A DNA stretch of 64,000 bases from positions 1,472,001-1,536,000 of the forward strand of contig CAVVLO010000002.1 of assembly GCA_963749155.1 (NCBI GenBank), in the 5' to 3' direction. This document shows positions 10,832 to 20,982 of the stretch, piece by piece. A model generated the notes under the pieces. The model ran no database searches. It was given only the letters and a program-made list of their open reading frames with translations, and had not been told where the DNA came from. The position numbers and the translations under genes were made by a program. Each line of letters opens with the position of its first letter. The first letter of the stretch is position 1. The stretch is from an uncultured Armatimonadia bacterium. GTDB lineage: Bacteria > Armatimonadota > Zipacnadia > CAVVLO01.

Positions 10832-11467
10832 ATGGCAACACGTCGACTCATAGCCTTCTTCGTCTGGTGGGTGGCGAGTGGTCCGCTGATGCTCATTGGG
10901 CTGCCAGGGCTCTCCGCGGCTAATCTGCTGCTACACCAATGGCGCACCGCCTGGAAACTAATGATGGGCTCGGTGGGCGTGTATGCCTTTGGAGCCCTCG
11001 TCGTTTCAGTCACAAGCCCAGGAGGGCGACCTGGCCCCGCGTGGACGGACGGACTTGAGGTGCTGGGCTTCAGCGTCACCATCGTGGGCGGTCTGTTCCT
11101 CCTTGCGGTACCGCTAACGAGCGCCTTGTTTGCGCCGGTGGATGAGCCCGTGGAAGAGCCTGACTGCCTCGGCAGATCCCTGCCCGGCTGGGCCTGGGCA
11201 CTCGCGCCCTCTGGATATGTCCAACTGCTTCAGGGAAAGCCAACAATGGCTTGCGCCTTCGGCGCAGCCTTCCACGTAGTTGCCACCAACCTGCTGGTTA
11301 ACTGGCCTGGCACCATCGCTTTCTTCCCCCCAGCAGTGGGTCACCCGGGGCCCTTCGTGCTGGCCCTTGCCGTCCTCTGGCTGGCGGCCATCTGGGATGC
11401 CTGGGACACTCAGCGGAAGGCAAGGCAGGCAGAGCCGGCCCAGGAGGGGTCACCCTCGCCGGCGTGA
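10832..11467 (+). CDS. hypothetical multi-pass membrane protein (paralogue B)
   Basis: Hydrophobic ORF that shares its C-terminal motif with the upstream gene. Confidence 0.7.
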   Translation: MATRRLIAFFVWWVASGPLMLIGLPGLSAANLLLHQWRTAWKLMMGSVGVYAFGALVVSVTSPGGRPGPAWTDGLEVLGFSVTIVGGLFLLAVPLTSALFAPVDEPVEEPDCLGRSLPGWAWALAPSGYVQLLQGKPTMACAFGAAFHVVATNLLVNWPGTIAFFPPAVGHPGPFVLALAVLWLAAIWDAWDTQRKARQAEPAQEGSPSPA

Positions 11468-11517
11468 AGCTGCGGGATAAAAAGACCTTCTGGAAGCCGC
11501 CTTCTCTGGGCGGCTTC

Positions 11518-12129
11518 CTACTTTATGGCTCTCTGCACGTGGAAGCCCTTGTGGCGGGCGAGGGTCTCGGCGGCGCCAAAGAGGCGCGCCAGCTCGGCTT
11601 TGAGGCTGTCGGCCCCCTGGCGCTTGCGGACGACAACGAGCAGCCTGCCGCCAGGGGCGAGGCGCTCGTGGGCCTGGCGAAGGAACTCCCACACCACGGC
11701 TTTGCCCGCGCGGAAGGGCGGGTTGGTCACGATAAGGGTCGGTCCAACCTCTGCGGGCAGGCCCGCGAGGATATCGCTTTCCACCACAGAGGCGTTGGTC
11801 AGGTTGTTGAGAGCGAGGCTGGCGCGGGTAAGCTCCACCGCGCGCTGATTTACATCGGTGAGCCAGACTTCTTTCACGAGGGGAGCCAGCACAACGCCGA
11901 GGAACCCCCAACCGCAGCCCAGATCGCAGAGCACATCCTCAGGACGAGCCTCTTTAAGGGCAGTCCTGGCCAGCAAGAGCGACCCTTCGTCCACTTCGGA
12001 TTTGGAGAAGACGCCCCCGGCGGTCTCGAAGCGCCAGTGCCTGCCTGCGAACTCGATGTCGAGGCGCGAAGTCTCGCCGTCCGAGGTGGGCTGCGCGGTG
12101 AAGTAATGCTCCGAGGCAGGCTTCTTCAT
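11518..12129 (-). CDS. small class I SAM methyltransferase (RsmC/YbxB-like)
   Basis: EHYF, GVFS...D.GS, DLGCGWG, TNPPFRAGK, KRQGA. Confidence 0.88.
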   Translation of the reverse strand: MKKPASEHYFTAQPTSDGETSRLDIEFAGRHWRFETAGGVFSKSEVDEGSLLLARTALKEARPEDVLCDLGCGWGFLGVVLAPLVKEVWLTDVNQRAVELTRASLALNNLTNASVVESDILAGLPAEVGPTLIVTNPPFRAGKAVVWEFLRQAHERLAPGGRLLVVVRKRQGADSLKAELARLFGAAETLARHKGFHVQRAIK

Positions 12130-12136
12130 CGCCGGA

Positions 12137-13066
12137 TCACAAGCGCGAATAGCGCGGCCGGTCGGGATCGAGAGCTTGCTTCAGGCTGGCGCGCTCGCCA
12201 GGCCTGCGCACCGCCCAGTTGCAGCACATCCGTTCGACGAAGTCGCGCTGATAAGCGGTCAGTTCGCCTGCCAGCATAAAGTGGACTTCGGCAGCGCCGG
12301 CGCGGCCATATTCCTGGTTAATCAGCCCAATCATATAATGATAACTGGCTTCTCTGGGGGCCAGCCTGAGCGCGCGGCGCAGGGCCCTGATGGCGGCGCT
12401 GTAGTCTCGCGCCCGCCAGTGGGCAAGCGCCAGGCAGCAGTAGTAGAAATCATCGGTGCGAGCGAGTTTGCAGGCTTCGTCCAGCGCCTGGACGCCGTAG
12501 TCCAGCGCGCCCGAATAGCAGGCTAGCGAGCCCAGGCGGAAGTGATAATAAGAATCCTGCGGTTCGGCCCGGCAGGCTTGCTCGAGGGCGTCCAGCGCCT
12601 GGGGCAGATAGCCCTCTTCAAAGCAGGCCTCGCCCATCCTGAGGAAATAGAACCCCCTGTCGGGATCGAGCTCGGTGGCTTTCTCGTAGGCGGCGATGGC
12701 TTGCACGCGCTTGCCGATGCCGCGCAAGAAATCGCCCAGCGCGAAGTGGCACTCGGGATTGTCGGGAAACTTCTTGATGGCGCGCTTGTATTTGCGATAG
12801 GCCTGGAGGGGCAACCCGCTGTAGAAATAGGCATCCGCCAGGCGCGTGGCAAATTCGGCGTTGCGCTTGTCCATCCCGCAGGCTTCTTCGTAGAGCTGGG
12901 TCGCGCGCCCAAGTTCGCCCGTCTCGGCGAGCAGGTCCGCGGCGTCAACCAGATGCCTGGCCTGCTCGTGCCTGAGGGCCGCCTTGCGCGCCTGTTCGAG
13001 GGCATGCTGGATGCGCCCCTCGAGGTCGCGCGCGTTATCAAAATAGGGTGTAAATTCTTTGTTCAA
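12137..13066 (-). CDS. tetratricopeptide repeat protein
   Basis: Recurrent 34-aa helical repeats (LG...G...A...Y..A...P). Confidence 0.85.
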   Translation of the reverse strand: MNKEFTPYFDNARDLEGRIQHALEQARKAALRHEQARHLVDAADLLAETGELGRATQLYEEACGMDKRNAEFATRLADAYFYSGLPLQAYRKYKRAIKKFPDNPECHFALGDFLRGIGKRVQAIAAYEKATELDPDRGFYFLRMGEACFEEGYLPQALDALEQACRAEPQDSYYHFRLGSLACYSGALDYGVQALDEACKLARTDDFYYCCLALAHWRARDYSAAIRALRRALRLAPREASYHYMIGLINQEYGRAGAAEVHFMLAGELTAYQRDFVERMCCNWAVRRPGERASLKQALDPDRPRYSRL

Positions 13067-13075
13067 GGTTAGTCC

Positions 13076-13525
13076 CTAGAATTGCCCCTCGGAATCAAGA
13101 AGCAGTGTGACTGGGCCATCATTCAACAATTGTACATGCATATGCGCGCCGAAAACGCCCGCCTGGGTGGCAGGATGCTGCGCCTTGACCAACGCAAAGA
13201 ACTCCTCAAAGACTCCCTCGGCCTCGCCAAAGGCCCTGGCGCGGGTGAAGCTTGGGCGCCTGCCCTTGCGGCCGTCCCCGTAGAGGGTAAAGTTTGGAAC
13301 CAGCAAAAGCGCTCCGCCGATGTCGGTGACGCTCAGGTTCAGCTTGCCGGCCTCGTCCTCGAAGAGGCGCAGCTCCGGGAGCTTGCCGGCCATCCACTTC
13401 AGGTCAGCCAGGCCGTCTTCGGCGCGAAAACCGACCAGCGCAAGCAGCCCGCGCTCTATAGAAGCGACGACCTGCCCTTCCACCGAGACGCTGGCGTTAG
13501 TGACACGCTGGAGGACGACTCTCAC
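13076..13525 (-). CDS. dtd: D-aminoacyl-tRNA deacylase
   Basis: MRVVLQRV, NFTLYGD..KGRRPSF, FGAHM.V.L.NDGPVT. Confidence 0.95.
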   Translation of the reverse strand: MRVVLQRVTNASVSVEGQVVASIERGLLALVGFRAEDGLADLKWMAGKLPELRLFEDEAGKLNLSVTDIGGALLLVPNFTLYGDGRKGRRPSFTRARAFGEAEGVFEEFFALVKAQHPATQAGVFGAHMHVQLLNDGPVTLLLDSEGQF

Positions 13526-13526
13526 G

Positions 13527-15767
13527 CTAGCCGCGCCCCTCTCGGCGCGCGACCCCTTCGCGCCTGAGGCCAAGCACGTCGGGCACCTGGTTGATGCGTT
13601 CGGCCAGCCGCTTCAGCTCGCCGGCATCGCTTATTTTGACGGTGAGCTGGATGGTAGCCTGGCCCCCTGCCGTGCGCACGTCGCCCGCCACGATATCGAC
13701 AGCCAGCTCGCTTACTCGCGCGACGATATCTGAAAGCAGACCCACCCGGTCCAGCGCCACTACTTCGAGCGAGGCGACGAACTCATGACCGGCGGGATTA
13801 ACCCACTGCGCGCTCACAGTGCGTTCAGGATACTTCTGGGTCAGGCGCACCATATTGGGACAGCTCTCCCGATGCACCGTTACGCCCCGGCCCCGAGTTA
13901 TATACCCTATTATCGCATCTCCAGGTATCGGCGAGCAGCAGGTGGCCAGGTGGTAATCGAGATCGGTGCGCCCGAGCAAAGCGATGGCCTGTTTCCCCGG
14001 CAAGCCAGGTAGCGGGGGGGTCAGTTCTTCCTGCTGGAAAAGCGCCGCAGCGATGCGCTCTTCTTTGGAGATCGGCTTCTGATAAAGCTGGCCCAGCTTG
14101 CTTGCGACATATTCGGCTGAAAGCTCGCCGTACCCGATTGCGGCAAGCAGGTCTTCGGGAGTGCGATAGTTGAGACTCTCGAAAACCTCGTGGACATCCT
14201 CGAGTTTGACCTCGTGGATGGTGCGGCGCAGCTCTAAAATCTCCCTTTCCAGCGCAGCGCGGCCCCGATGATAGTTCTCATCGAAGCTCTTCCTGCGCAG
14301 GAAAGACCTGATCCGGCTTTGCGCGCGGCGAGTTTTGGCGTAGGTCAGCCAGTCCAGATTAGGGCCAGGGGCCTGTTTGGGGGTCAGAATCTCGACTACG
14401 TCGCCTGTGCGCAGCATATAGTTCAAGGGCACAACCCGGCCGTTGACTTTCGCTCCTCCGCACCTGTGGCCAAGGTCGGTGTGGATGCGGTAGGCGAGGT
14501 CTATGGGCGTAGAGCCGGTTGGCAGCGCGATAACCTCGCGCGCAGGCGTGAAGAGAAAAACTTCCTCTGAGAGCAGGTCGTCGGTGACGGCGGTCAGGTA
14601 TTTCTGATTGTCGGCGAATTCGTGGCCGGCGTCCAGCACCTGACGAAGCCAGGAAAGCCGCTCTCCTACTTCGTCCCTGGCAAGCTCTGGCTCCTTGTAA
14701 CGCCAATGCGCAGCCACACCCTGTTCGGCTTCCCGGTGCATCTCCTGGGTGCGGATCTGCACTTCCATAGGCACATTTTGGGGAGGCACGAGGACTTTGA
14801 GATGGATGGACTGGTAACCGTTGGGCTTGGGTTTGGCGATGTAATCGGTAAACTGGTTAGGCAGGGGAGTCCAAAGCTCGTGTATCAGTCCCAGCACATA
14901 ATAACACTCGGATTTACTCTCTACGATGACGCGCAGAGCCAGTAGATCGAAGACATTTTCGAAGTCGAGGCCCTGGATCTGCATCTTGGTATAGATGCTG
15001 TAGAGATGCTTGTAGCGTCCCGTGATGGTCGCGCGCACTCCCCGGTCCATAAGATGCTGTTGAAGCTGCTCTATGGCCAGGTCGATTAACTGCTGACGCT
15101 CTCCGCGCGTGCGAGCCACCAAGGCGGCAAGCTCGTGATATTTCTCGGGATTTATGAAATGGAAGGCGAGATCTTCGAGTTCACTTTTGATCTGCCACAT
15201 ACCCAGGCGATGGGCCAGGGGCGCGAAAATGTGGAGGGTCTCTCTGGCTACTTGCTGCTGGCGCTCGGGTTTATGGTACTCGAGGGTGCGCATATTATGA
15301 AGCCTGTCGGCCAGCTTGATGAGGATGACTCGTACATCCTTACCGACCGCGAGAAGCATCTTGCGCAGATTTTGAGCCTGGCGCTCTATCTCGTCACCAA
15401 ACTCGACCCCCTTGAGCTTGGTAACACCATCCACCAGTCGGGCAACCGAAAGGCCGAACTGGGCCTCGATGGTCTCCAGAGAAAGGCCAGTGTCCTCAAC
15501 GGCGTCATGCAACAGGCCGGCAACGATGGTGTCGGTGTCGAGATCGAGCTGGGTGAGGATAGAGGCTACTTCCACAGGATGGATGATGTAGGGTTCGCCC
15601 GAGAGGCGCAGTTGGCCTTCATGGCATTGCTGGGCAATACGCAGCGCTTGAGCAATAACGGCGAGTTCTTCAGGCGAGCGGGCGCTACGAGAGGCGCTTG
15701 CTATACGGGCAAGCAACTCCTCCAGTGAGGATACGGCGCCGCCTGATTGGTTGCTAGTCGTCTCCAT
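13527..15767 (-). CDS. relA: bifunctional (p)ppGpp synthetase/hydrolase
   Basis: HD domain (LLHDAVED, KLADRLHNMRT), synthetase (KPNGYQSIH, EVQIRT), TGS, CC and ACT domains. Confidence 0.96.
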   Translation of the reverse strand: METTSNQSGGAVSSLEELLARIASASRSARSPEELAVIAQALRIAQQCHEGQLRLSGEPYIIHPVEVASILTQLDLDTDTIVAGLLHDAVEDTGLSLETIEAQFGLSVARLVDGVTKLKGVEFGDEIERQAQNLRKMLLAVGKDVRVILIKLADRLHNMRTLEYHKPERQQQVARETLHIFAPLAHRLGMWQIKSELEDLAFHFINPEKYHELAALVARTRGERQQLIDLAIEQLQQHLMDRGVRATITGRYKHLYSIYTKMQIQGLDFENVFDLLALRVIVESKSECYYVLGLIHELWTPLPNQFTDYIAKPKPNGYQSIHLKVLVPPQNVPMEVQIRTQEMHREAEQGVAAHWRYKEPELARDEVGERLSWLRQVLDAGHEFADNQKYLTAVTDDLLSEEVFLFTPAREVIALPTGSTPIDLAYRIHTDLGHRCGGAKVNGRVVPLNYMLRTGDVVEILTPKQAPGPNLDWLTYAKTRRAQSRIRSFLRRKSFDENYHRGRAALEREILELRRTIHEVKLEDVHEVFESLNYRTPEDLLAAIGYGELSAEYVASKLGQLYQKPISKEERIAAALFQQEELTPPLPGLPGKQAIALLGRTDLDYHLATCCSPIPGDAIIGYITRGRGVTVHRESCPNMVRLTQKYPERTVSAQWVNPAGHEFVASLEVVALDRVGLLSDIVARVSELAVDIVAGDVRTAGGQATIQLTVKISDAGELKRLAERINQVPDVLGLRREGVARREGRG

Positions 15768-15774
15768 CTGCTTT

Positions 15775-17538
15775 TCAGCCTGGTTGGCCTCCCTCAGCCT
15801 TGGCCGCTAGCGCCAGATCTCTGAGACGCACTTCGATCTCGCACCGGCCACCCTTTCCATTTTCGCCTATCGTGTAGGCGATGTCCAGTTTCGTGCCATA
15901 CTGGATGCGCGGCCCTGCCTGGCCCAGGCCGAAACCTATGGCCCCGATGCAGCCTTCGCCGAGAGAGAGCACCAATTTGAGATGAGCGTTATCGCGCCCG
16001 ACAGTGTAGCAATCCAGCACTTCCATCCCGCGGGTGACCCAGACAGGTTCTTCATTGGCCTCGCCAAAGGGAGCGAGCTGACCGAGTTCCTGGCGGAAGC
16101 AGCAGTTGAATTCATCGGCTGAAAGCTCGGCGTCCACATTCAGCCAGGCCTCTATATGCTCGGGCAGAAGACGCTCCCAGGCCAGGCTAACGAGGCGCGT
16201 CTTCAGTGCTTCGAGATTCTCGACTTTGACGGTCAGCCCAGCCGCGCGCGAATGACCACCGAACTGCTCGAGTAGCTCCTGACAGTCCTGCAGCGCCTCG
16301 AAAAGATTGAAATCGGGAGTGCTGCGCGCCGAACCTCTTGCCAGGCCTGTCTCTTCATCAATAGAAATCAGTATGGCTGGCCTGCGATACTGCTGCACGA
16401 GCTGGGAGGCGACAATGCCGATGATGCCAGGATTCCAGCCGAGGCCCGAGAGGATGAGGATGCGCCTGTCTTCGACATTGACTTCTACATCGGCCTGGCT
16501 CCAGACCTCGCGAAGTATCTCGTTCTGCTTAAGCTTGCGGGTCTCATTGAGTTCGCAAAGTGAATTGGCGAGTTCCTGGGCCCGGTCGGGCTTGCCGGTC
16601 AGCAACAATTGCAGAGCGGTTTCGGCTCTTGCAATGCGGCCGGCCGAATTAAGCCTGGGGGCGAGCAGGAAGGCGACATCCCAGGAACTGATAGCTTTGC
16701 CTTCCAGATCGGCGGCTTTGAGCAGCGCGCGCAGGCCTGCTTTGGAAGTATGCTGCAGAGCCTGCAGTCCAAAATGCGCCAGAATCCGGTTTTCGTCGAG
16801 CAACGGCACAACATCGGCCACAGTGCCGAGTGCCACCAAATCTAGAAAACCTTTGTGGACTTCCTCACAAGACAGCCCTCGCGCCTCTGCCAGCGCGCAC
16901 AGCAGCTTGAAGGCCACCCCCACACCAGCGAGTTGCTCAAAGGGATACTGGGAATCTGCCCTTTTGGGGTCAACCACGGCGATAGCTTCCGGCAGTTCGG
17001 GGCCAGGCTCATGATGGTCGGTTATAATAAGGTCTAGTCCCAGCGCTCGCGCGGCCTGGGCTTCTGCCAGAGCCGAGACCCCACAATCTACTGTCAGGAC
17101 GACCTTGAAACCTGCCTCGGCTGCGCTTTCAAGGGTAGGGAGATTCAGCCCATAACCTTCTTCGAGGCGCTCGGGGATTGTTCCAGTGACTTGCCCGCCC
17201 ATCGCCTTCAGGGCCCGGACCAGCATGGCGGTAGCTGTCAGGCCATCCACATCATAGTCGCCGAAGACCAGGATAGATTCCTTATTATCTAGCGCCTGGC
17301 AAAGGCGAGTGACAGCGGCATCAAGGTCGGGAAGCAAGTAGGGAGAGTGAAGCTGAGCAAGACTGGGATTGAAAAAACTGTCGATTTCGGTCTGATTTGT
17401 GATTCCTCTGCAGGCAAGAGTTCGAGCAATGGGGGGGCATAGATTGGCCTGGGCGGCAAGCGTGGTCACAGTATCGGACTCGCAGGGTTTAAGCCGCCAA
17501 AAGTACTTTTCGCCTTTACCAAGCAGGGGATGAGTCAT
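15775..17538 (-). CDS. recJ: single-stranded DNA exonuclease RecJ
   Basis: GDYDVDG, TVDCG, TDHH, GTVADVVPL, GSARS, GGHSRAAG. Confidence 0.96.
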   Translation of the reverse strand: MTHPLLGKGEKYFWRLKPCESDTVTTLAAQANLCPPIARTLACRGITNQTEIDSFFNPSLAQLHSPYLLPDLDAAVTRLCQALDNKESILVFGDYDVDGLTATAMLVRALKAMGGQVTGTIPERLEEGYGLNLPTLESAAEAGFKVVLTVDCGVSALAEAQAARALGLDLIITDHHEPGPELPEAIAVVDPKRADSQYPFEQLAGVGVAFKLLCALAEARGLSCEEVHKGFLDLVALGTVADVVPLLDENRILAHFGLQALQHTSKAGLRALLKAADLEGKAISSWDVAFLLAPRLNSAGRIARAETALQLLLTGKPDRAQELANSLCELNETRKLKQNEILREVWSQADVEVNVEDRRILILSGLGWNPGIIGIVASQLVQQYRRPAILISIDEETGLARGSARSTPDFNLFEALQDCQELLEQFGGHSRAAGLTVKVENLEALKTRLVSLAWERLLPEHIEAWLNVDAELSADEFNCCFRQELGQLAPFGEANEEPVWVTRGMEVLDCYTVGRDNAHLKLVLSLGEGCIGAIGFGLGQAGPRIQYGTKLDIAYTIGENGKGGRCEIEVRLRDLALAAKAEGGQPG

Positions 17539-17562
17539 ATGCCTCGGAAGAATGTTTTCGAA

Positions 17563-17591
17563 AGTGTAGAGCTACCGGCAGGCCTTGTCAA
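17563..17591 (-). promoter_or_regulatory. putative sigma70-type promoter of the recJ-rel-dtd operon
   Basis: TTGACA-17-TACACT on the minus strand. Confidence 0.65.
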
Positions 17592-17628
17592 ACACCTGGC
17601 GGAAGCCTTACGCTAAGTGGTGTAACTT

Positions 17629-18807
17629 ATGGGGAAAAATAACGTAACAACCGATATCCCTCCCTGGCAGGAGGAAGGCGCTTTGCGCGCTGCCTGGGCC
17701 AGGCTGATGGAACAGGGCCTGGCCGGGCTTCCGGCGCCCACAGGGCCAGAGGTGCTGGTCGCCGCCAGTGGAGGGGCCGATAGCTCGGCAGTCGCCGCGC
17801 TGCTAGTAGCGCTAGGGCTGCGCGTCAGCCTGGTGATGCTGGATTTCCATGAGGAAGGCGCTTGTGGAGCCCAGGTGCCACCTGAAACGTCCCGGATCCA
17901 GTTAGCCCTGATTGCAGAGCGACTGGGGCTGGAGACGCAGCTTCTGGATGCGCGCGCTCGTTTCAAGTCTCAGGTGGTAGAACCTTTTGTGGCTGCCTAT
18001 CTGGCTGGCCTTACGCCCAATCCCTGCGTGATGTGCAACCCCAGGGTCAAAATCGCGGCGCTACTGGCGGAGGCTGACAGGCGGGGCGTCGAGCTGGTCG
18101 CAACAGGTCATTATGCGCGGCTGGAAAACGATGAGGGGCGAATCCGGCTGTTGCAGGGGCGCGACTCGTCGAAAGACCAGTCCTATGTATTACACAGGCT
18201 GGGGCAGAAAGAGCTTTCGCGCCTGGTGCTGCCAGCAGGAATCTTCCGCAAGGCCGACCTGGTCACTCTGGCCGTGCGGCTGGGCCTGGTGCCGAAGAAC
18301 CAACCCGAGAGTATGGAAGTCTGTTTTCTCGGCGAGGGAGATTATCGCAGTCTGCTCGAACAGCGCGCCAGACCTCGCAGGGGGCCTTTGGTCCATATCA
18401 GCGGCCGCATACTGGGCGCCCATACCGGTTATTGGCGTTTTACGGTGGGGCAGCGCAAGGGGTTGAACCTGGCCTGGCCAGAGCCTCTCTACGTCGTCTC
18501 GGTCGACCCGGTAGCCAACTCGGTGGTCGTTGCCGAACGCTCACAGGCGGTAAAGAACGTCTTCTATTGCGAAGACCTAATCTGGACAAGCGGTGAGGCG
18601 CCTTCAGAACCTTTTGGCGCCGAGGTGGCTATTCGGTATCGAGCGCGCCTGGTCGGGGCAGAAGTGGCTCCTTTCAGTGCAGGGCAAGTTTGTGTTACCT
18701 TGAAGGAGCCGTTGCTGGGAGTTGCGCCCGGGCAGTCCGCGGTTTTCTACGTGGGGCAGGAAGTCCTGGGTGGAGGGCTAATCAGCACAGGCAAGGTTGT
18801 AGTCTAA
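17629..18807 (+). CDS. mnmA: tRNA 2-thiouridylase MnmA
   Basis: SGGADS PP-loop, TPNPCVMCN, ATGHYA, KDQSY, ESMEVCF, TVGQRKG, APGQSAVFY. Confidence 0.93.
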   Translation: MGKNNVTTDIPPWQEEGALRAAWARLMEQGLAGLPAPTGPEVLVAASGGADSSAVAALLVALGLRVSLVMLDFHEEGACGAQVPPETSRIQLALIAERLGLETQLLDARARFKSQVVEPFVAAYLAGLTPNPCVMCNPRVKIAALLAEADRRGVELVATGHYARLENDEGRIRLLQGRDSSKDQSYVLHRLGQKELSRLVLPAGIFRKADLVTLAVRLGLVPKNQPESMEVCFLGEGDYRSLLEQRARPRRGPLVHISGRILGAHTGYWRFTVGQRKGLNLAWPEPLYVVSVDPVANSVVVAERSQAVKNVFYCEDLIWTSGEAPSEPFGAEVAIRYRARLVGAEVAPFSAGQVCVTLKEPLLGVAPGQSAVFYVGQEVLGGGLISTGKVVV

Positions 18808-18812
18808 CAACT

Positions 18813-19871
18813 ATGAGAGCAACTACAGAACAATTAAATGAGCGCCAGCGGCATATCTTGTCGGCTTTGGTCAGGCAGCATCTGCAGTCGGCCGAAGCGG
18901 TAGGTTCGGCCGAGCTCAAAGAGCATGAGCACTTCGAGCTCAGCGCCGCAACGCTGAGAAGCGAGATGAAGCGCCTCGAAGACCTGGGATTGCTCGCTCA
19001 GCCGCACACCTCGGCGGGGCGGGTGCCAACGGCGCTTGGCTATCGGGCTTATGTGGATCAGTGCATCGAAACGCTGGGCCTTGAGCCGTCTATGCGCGAC
19101 CATCTGGACGCCGCTTTACTGGGCGCCTCGCTCGAGCCTTCAGGTTATGTCAGGGCGGTCAGCGCGACCCTGTCGCGTTTTGGCCAGCTTCCCTCCTGTG
19201 CTCTTCCCCCGCGCGCTATGGGAGCCCAGCTTGATCATATGGAACTTGCTCCGCTATCGAGCCGGCGGTTCGTCGCGTTGATGATTACAAGCACGGGCGA
19301 AGTACTGCACAGGGTTGTCGAGACCAGTCGAGCCGCGGGAGGCGCCGAGGTAGAGCGCATCGCCCTGGCACTCAACCGACGCCTGCAAGGCAAGACTCTG
19401 GCCGAGCTTGGCAGGCTTACCTCTGCCGAACTGCTGCTTGGGACGGGCCTTGCTTCCGCGGCAGCCATCGAACTGGCCAGCGCTTTACTCGAGGCAGCCA
19501 GGGAAGCGAGCAGCGGACCTGAGACAGTCATCGTAGAAGGCACTCTTAAGATTCTTGGACAGCCCGAATTCCGTGATATGGCGCTTACCCGGGGCGTGCT
19601 TTCAGTACTCGAAGACCGCCAGCGCCTGGCCGGATTATTAAGTCGGGTGGTAGATCCAGAAGCTGCCGTGCAAGTAGCCATTGGAGAGGAGCTTGGACTG
19701 GACGAAATGCGTTGTTGCAGCCTGGTGTCGGCTGTCTACCACGTGCAGGGCGCGCCAGTCGGAATCATAAGCCTTATCGGTCCTATGCGGATGCCCTACA
19801 GTTTCGTAATGCAACTTGCAAGTTATATGGCATCACGTCTTTCCAGTCGACTGGACCAGCAAACAGGCTAG
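18813..19871 (+). CDS. hrcA: heat-inducible transcription repressor HrcA
   Basis: SAATLRSEM..LE..G.L.QPHTSAGRVPT..GYR.YVD, QPEF, IGPMRMPY. Confidence 0.94.
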   Translation: MRATTEQLNERQRHILSALVRQHLQSAEAVGSAELKEHEHFELSAATLRSEMKRLEDLGLLAQPHTSAGRVPTALGYRAYVDQCIETLGLEPSMRDHLDAALLGASLEPSGYVRAVSATLSRFGQLPSCALPPRAMGAQLDHMELAPLSSRRFVALMITSTGEVLHRVVETSRAAGGAEVERIALALNRRLQGKTLAELGRLTSAELLLGTGLASAAAIELASALLEAAREASSGPETVIVEGTLKILGQPEFRDMALTRGVLSVLEDRQRLAGLLSRVVDPEAAVQVAIGEELGLDEMRCCSLVSAVYHVQGAPVGIISLIGPMRMPYSFVMQLASYMASRLSSRLDQQTG

Positions 19872-20120
19872 CCAGGCGACTAAAAGTCGCCAAAACGTTG
19901 CCGGTTATTGGGTTTGCGCGTGGTTGCGAGTGATTTTTTGTGTTATCATACTTGCAGTCGAGGATTGCTCCAGTCGACGTCGGACCGCAGCGTGGGGAAG
20001 AAAAATCTGCGCTGTGGCAGGAGATTGCTTCCAGAGTCCGAAAGGAGTGCTTACCGTCCTGACCGCCGCAGGCGGAAGGCGTAGCAAAGCTACACTAGCC
20101 CTCAGAGGAGGCGAGTCGGC

Positions 20121-20831
20121 TTGAAGAAACGCGGCTTTACCCTGATCGAGCTGATGGTCGTGGTCGCGATCATCGCAATCTTGGCAGCCATCTTGTTCCC
20201 AGTGTTCAACAATGCCCGCAGAAAGGCACGCGCTACTCAGTGTCTCAGCAACATCAATCAGCTTGGAAAGGCATGTTTGATGTATGCTGACGATTTCGAC
20301 GGGCGCTTGTTCGACAATCCCTGGCCTGGACCGACAGTGGGTCACGTACAGACCTATTGGGCACTGGCCGTGCTGCCGTATGTCCAGAATATGGACATCT
20401 TCTCCTGCCCCGCCTGGGATTACAGCATCCGCCCCGGTAGTTACATAGATGCGCCCTTCAAGGTGGGATATGGCCTAAGCGACGTCATCGCCAACGGCGC
20501 TCCTGACAGGCCCTCTCCGATGCCACTGCAGATAATGCGCAGGCCAGCCGAAACCGCGCTGATTGGTGACGCGCCGTGGCTGTGGGGTTCGGGTTCCTAT
20601 TGGGAAGATCGCGACAGCGATGGCTACCGCGAAGCCTACTGGTGCCAGTCAGCAATCAACAGCGCCAGCTGGTGGTATGGGCGTCCCAGGCATATGGATG
20701 GCATCAATGTCTTCTTCTGTGACGGGCATGCCAAATTCAGTGGGCCTCCCAGCCTGACCGGCACTGGCAACGAGTGGGACTACAAAGCCTACTTCCAGGT
20801 CAAGCTCTGGCCAGCACCACCGCAGGAGTAA
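20121..20831 (+). CDS. DUF1559 / prepilin-type N-terminal methylation protein with an H-X9-DG motif
   Basis: KKRG|FTLIELMVVVAIIAILAAILFPVF, CLSN..QLG, FSCP, RHMDGINVFFCDGHAK. Confidence 0.92.
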   Translation: MKKRGFTLIELMVVVAIIAILAAILFPVFNNARRKARATQCLSNINQLGKACLMYADDFDGRLFDNPWPGPTVGHVQTYWALAVLPYVQNMDIFSCPAWDYSIRPGSYIDAPFKVGYGLSDVIANGAPDRPSPMPLQIMRRPAETALIGDAPWLWGSGSYWEDRDSDGYREAYWCQSAINSASWWYGRPRHMDGINVFFCDGHAKFSGPPSLTGTGNEWDYKAYFQVKLWPAPPQE

Positions 20832-20927
20832 TAATACTGAGACTCGCCACGCTCCGACTGGGGGAAGGCTGGGCTGCCGCCTGAACTACCCTAGCGGCGG
20901 AAGGTTGCGGTCTGTCACAAGCCATAA

Positions 20928-20963
20928 GCAAGGGCCACGGCTGCTTAGCCGTGGCCCTTTTGC
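20928..20963. terminator. intrinsic terminator hairpin between convergent genes
   Basis: aagggccacggct-gctt-agccgtggccctt followed by T residues. Confidence 0.8.
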
Positions 20964-20982
20964 GCTAGCTTGATTAGTCCGA

